64,000 bases of DNA. It comes from Balanoglossus misakiensis (lineage: Eukaryota; Animalia; Hemichordata). This document shows positions 61,501 through 64,000 of the stretch, one piece after another. Location of the stretch: the NCBI GenBank assembly GCA_040954595.2, contig CM082579.2, positions 6,995,625 to 7,059,624 on the forward strand, given 5' to 3'. A model generated the notes under the pieces. The model ran no database searches. It saw nothing but the letters and a program-made list of their open reading frames with translations, and was not told the DNA's origin. Position numbers and translations under genes: made by a program. The stretch's first letter is position 1. Each line of letters opens with the position of its first letter.

Positions 61501-62136
61501 TGTTTGTTCTTTGCATCAGTTGATAAACAATCATCAGCAAAGTTGAAAATTTGTCATCTATTGACAGTATTCATGGGCTATAACCGATGAAAAATATGCA
61601 AATACGCTTAGCCAAATTACAGTAAACGCCATATTGGAAATTCTGCCAACTTTCCCTCGATTTTGTAAAAAATCGCGCGACTTATACATGGCGAATATGT
61701 TTTTTTCTGAAAGAGTGACCTCAAAGCTACCAAATTATGTGGAAATCAGCTACAACGGATTTCCCCTTTAACTATAGTATACTGATGTCTGATTCAAGGT
61801 TTGTTTGGGGGGACTCGGAAAGTCGATCGAAAGCTTCTGGCTCACGGTATGAGCACGCGCAGTTTTCCCTTCTCCTCTTTGTTCACGTTTTTTTTCTGTA
61901 TGTCTCTTCACCAAAACACCCCACCCCCCCCCCCCCTCGCTTTCCTCCACGGAGGTTCACGGCCATGTGCTACCCGTGTATTATTGTTTTCACCGCAGGT
62001 AACCGAGTTCTATGCCGAGGCCATCGAGCAAGAGCGAGCGAACACGGCGATGTCAATCTACCGTCCTGTGATGACGCGTCTGTTCATCGTTATTCCTGCC
62101 CTCCTATATACTTCAGCAGTGACGTCAAAACCGTGA
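58531..62136 (+). CDS. Folate receptor / riboflavin-binding protein family member, likely GPI-anchored (copy A); 5 coding exons
   Basis: Exons 58531-58704, 59667-59876, 60331-60469, 60989-61149 and 61999-62136. Signal peptide; C...K..PGPE.DLH..CEPW...CC; HCG..S..C...KDLCFYECSPNLGPW; PLC...C..WW..C....TC..NW; FCE.IW...Y; C..LYF...NPN..V..FY; hydrophobic C-terminal tail. Confidence 0.93.
58957..59619 (-). mobile_element. Solo LTR (663 bp, Gypsy-like) in the first coding intron of folate-receptor copy A
   Basis: Ends TGTTACG...CGTAACA (7-bp inverted, TG..CA). 4-bp TSD ATCA at 58953-58956 and 59620-59623. On the minus strand a TATAAAA (~59512) precedes an ATTAAA (~59090). Internal direct repeats cttctgggcgcggtttccagaccag (x2) and acacctggtcac (x2). 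No internal coding sequence. Confidence 0.82.
61236..61767. mobile_element. 532-bp MITE with ~155-bp TIRs and TTAA TSD (Kolobok / T2-family type)
   Basis: TTAA|AGGGGAAATCCGTCGTAGCTGATTTC...actgtaatttg is mirrored, with only a few mismatches, by caaattacagt...GAAATCAGCTACAACGGATTTCCCCT|TTAA. It lies in the last intron of folate-receptor copy A. Confidence 0.93.
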
Positions 62137-63627
62137 CGTGATGCTGTTTCGGGACTATGGCAATGTGACTATTTTCTCTATGTATACATGGTTTTCAGTA
62201 AATGGGGAATATACAAAACAGAAGGCCTGAAATTAGCCGGTGTATACATGTATATATTTTAACATGACCTTTGCTTTACCTTCAAATGCCATACTTCAGA
62301 TATAGACAGGGAAAGGCCTTTCTGTTGCAACGCGAACTGAAGCATTGGGTTTAATGTAACTTTACAAATCTAGCGAAATAAAAGTGACACCCTACGAAAA
62401 GTATTTGCGATAAATATTTAACAAGTTATGTCGAACTAACACAGCCACATTTACATCGTAACATTCCCTGCTTTGTTGATTAAAAATAATAGACCTATAC
62501 TGTGGCATCTTTTAAAAATTCATACAAGCGGCTACTTTAGAATTGAGGGATGGTGTTAAAAATAAAGAAAAAACACAACTGTGTCTTTTTAATATAGTAT
62601 AACTACCAGTGCTTTATTAACTTGGATATAAATTCTAATGCAAATGAACGTTTTCAAAATAACTTCGGAAAAGACAAGCGTGGAGAAATTGACCTTTTGC
62701 AGAGACAATTATGAGAGTTTTGGGTTTTTGAACAAATATCTGCCTGTTGTGATATATGTGATATATATGTGATAGGGTAGAATTGATCCAAGTCTAAGGG
62801 CTTCATTGTTTCATAATAAATACATTTTAGAAAATTTTGATCCGAGTCTATGTAGCGTGTGTGGAGTTTTAATGCAGCGAGTGTGAGCGCTTGAGTCTAG
62901 GGAACGCATATTCCTATAGCTTGGTAGGGTACAGTTGACAGGAAAAGAATTTACTTTTTAGCTCTCTGTATTGTCACATTGAATCGAAATTTGTCTTGTC
63001 AACTTTGTGTGCAAGAGATCCACAATTCTGGTGGGGCGTGACCCGCCAGCTTAACATGTGATGTATGGACGGTATTTACTGTCGTTCCCATCTGGATTCG
63101 AACGATAATGTTGATCTAAATGTTACCATACTTGCACATTTGGTTTGCCAAGTTGTTCCTTATCTTACTTCAGTTTCGGCGCCCAGTTGCTGATGTTGCG
63201 GTAAATTCAAAGAGGTTATATCGAGATTGATTACAATACTAACAGTGGGGTATTACGGGTGTCGTAAGAGGATCGTCTTACACTTCACATTGCTTGCTAA
63301 AGCAAGACTTTTATCTACGCGTGCTTTTACCACACACAGGGCTATTAAATAAAGTCAGGGTAGCGCCAATCAGTTGACTCGTTGTATTGTCTTATTTAAA
63401 CAAACTGGCGAAGCATCCTACCGGGTAAGAAACCATTAATCCTGTTTGTGTTTGCCGCAAAGCATATAAACTGTACAACAACTGTAGCAAAGTTGGAATC
63501 AACTTCACAAACCAATTACACAAGTGTGATAACATTTAGATCAACATGAACGTTCGAAGCCAGATGGGAACGATAGTAAAGCAGCTATACTCGTCTTACT
63601 GGCATTCGCTTCCCAGACATTACCACG

Positions 63628-64000
63628 ATGAAGAGCTCTCTTGGAATTTTCATGTTGGCCATAGTAACTGCGGCGAGCTATGCTGAAGAGTTGGAAAGTG
63701 TCGTCGCCGATTTAACCGCGGATGAAATGTTGAATGTATGTATGGATGGCATCTATCACAGAGACACACCAGGACCAGAACCACAGCTTCATGGTCAGGT
63801 GAGTTGCTGGATGTTTTCCAACTCTTCTACACAAGAAAACGCTACCTTCTTATAAAAGAAAAAGAATATTGCTAGAAACATGCTCTAATGTTTGTTAGTA
63901 TCATTTGCATTTCTTCTGTGTCAACCACTATATGTGACGAATACGATTCTTTTGTTTCTAACTTCATTTTCTCAGTGTGCGCAGTGGTCAGATCGAAGTT
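63628..64000 (+). CDS. Second folate receptor family gene (copy B); 5' part, continues beyond the window
   Basis: Exon 63628-63798 encodes a signal peptide and LNVCMDGIYHRDTPGPEPQLHGQ. The next exon starts at 63976 with CAQWSDRS. The intron position and phase match copy A. Confidence 0.9.

Overview
This is intron-rich eukaryotic (animal) genomic DNA, not prokaryotic. Gene content and repeat types suggest a marine invertebrate, possibly a non-vertebrate deuterostome (inference only). I reconstructed 12 protein-coding genes by hand from GT-AG exon chains. In order: a secreted fungal/Dictyostelium-type (GH13_1-like) alpha-amylase running off the left edge; a group III-type nucleoside hydrolase; a cytosolic sulfotransferase; an uncharacterised HMG-box-like protein with candidate PP1-docking motifs; a compact housekeeping block (ZMAT2 head-to-head with an AT-hook/C2H2 zinc-finger gene, GATB, and SUPT20H head-to-head with an OTUD4/ALG13-like OTU-Tudor deubiquitinase); an uncharacterised secreted PAN-EGF protein with two PCSK9/resistin-like modules; an intronless, non-canonical muscarinic-like GPCR; and two tandem folate-receptor-family genes, the second truncated by the right edge. 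Mobile DNA includes a solo LTR with a 4-bp TSD, a TTAA-flanked Kolobok/T2-type MITE, an 8-bp-TSD MITE, a pogo-like MITE, ultra-short TTAA-flanked elements and a LINE RT relic. I see no CRISPR, rRNA or convincing tRNA, and no clear novel multi-gene system. The best novelty candidates are single proteins with unusual architectures. Exon coordinates were read manually and may be off by a few bases.
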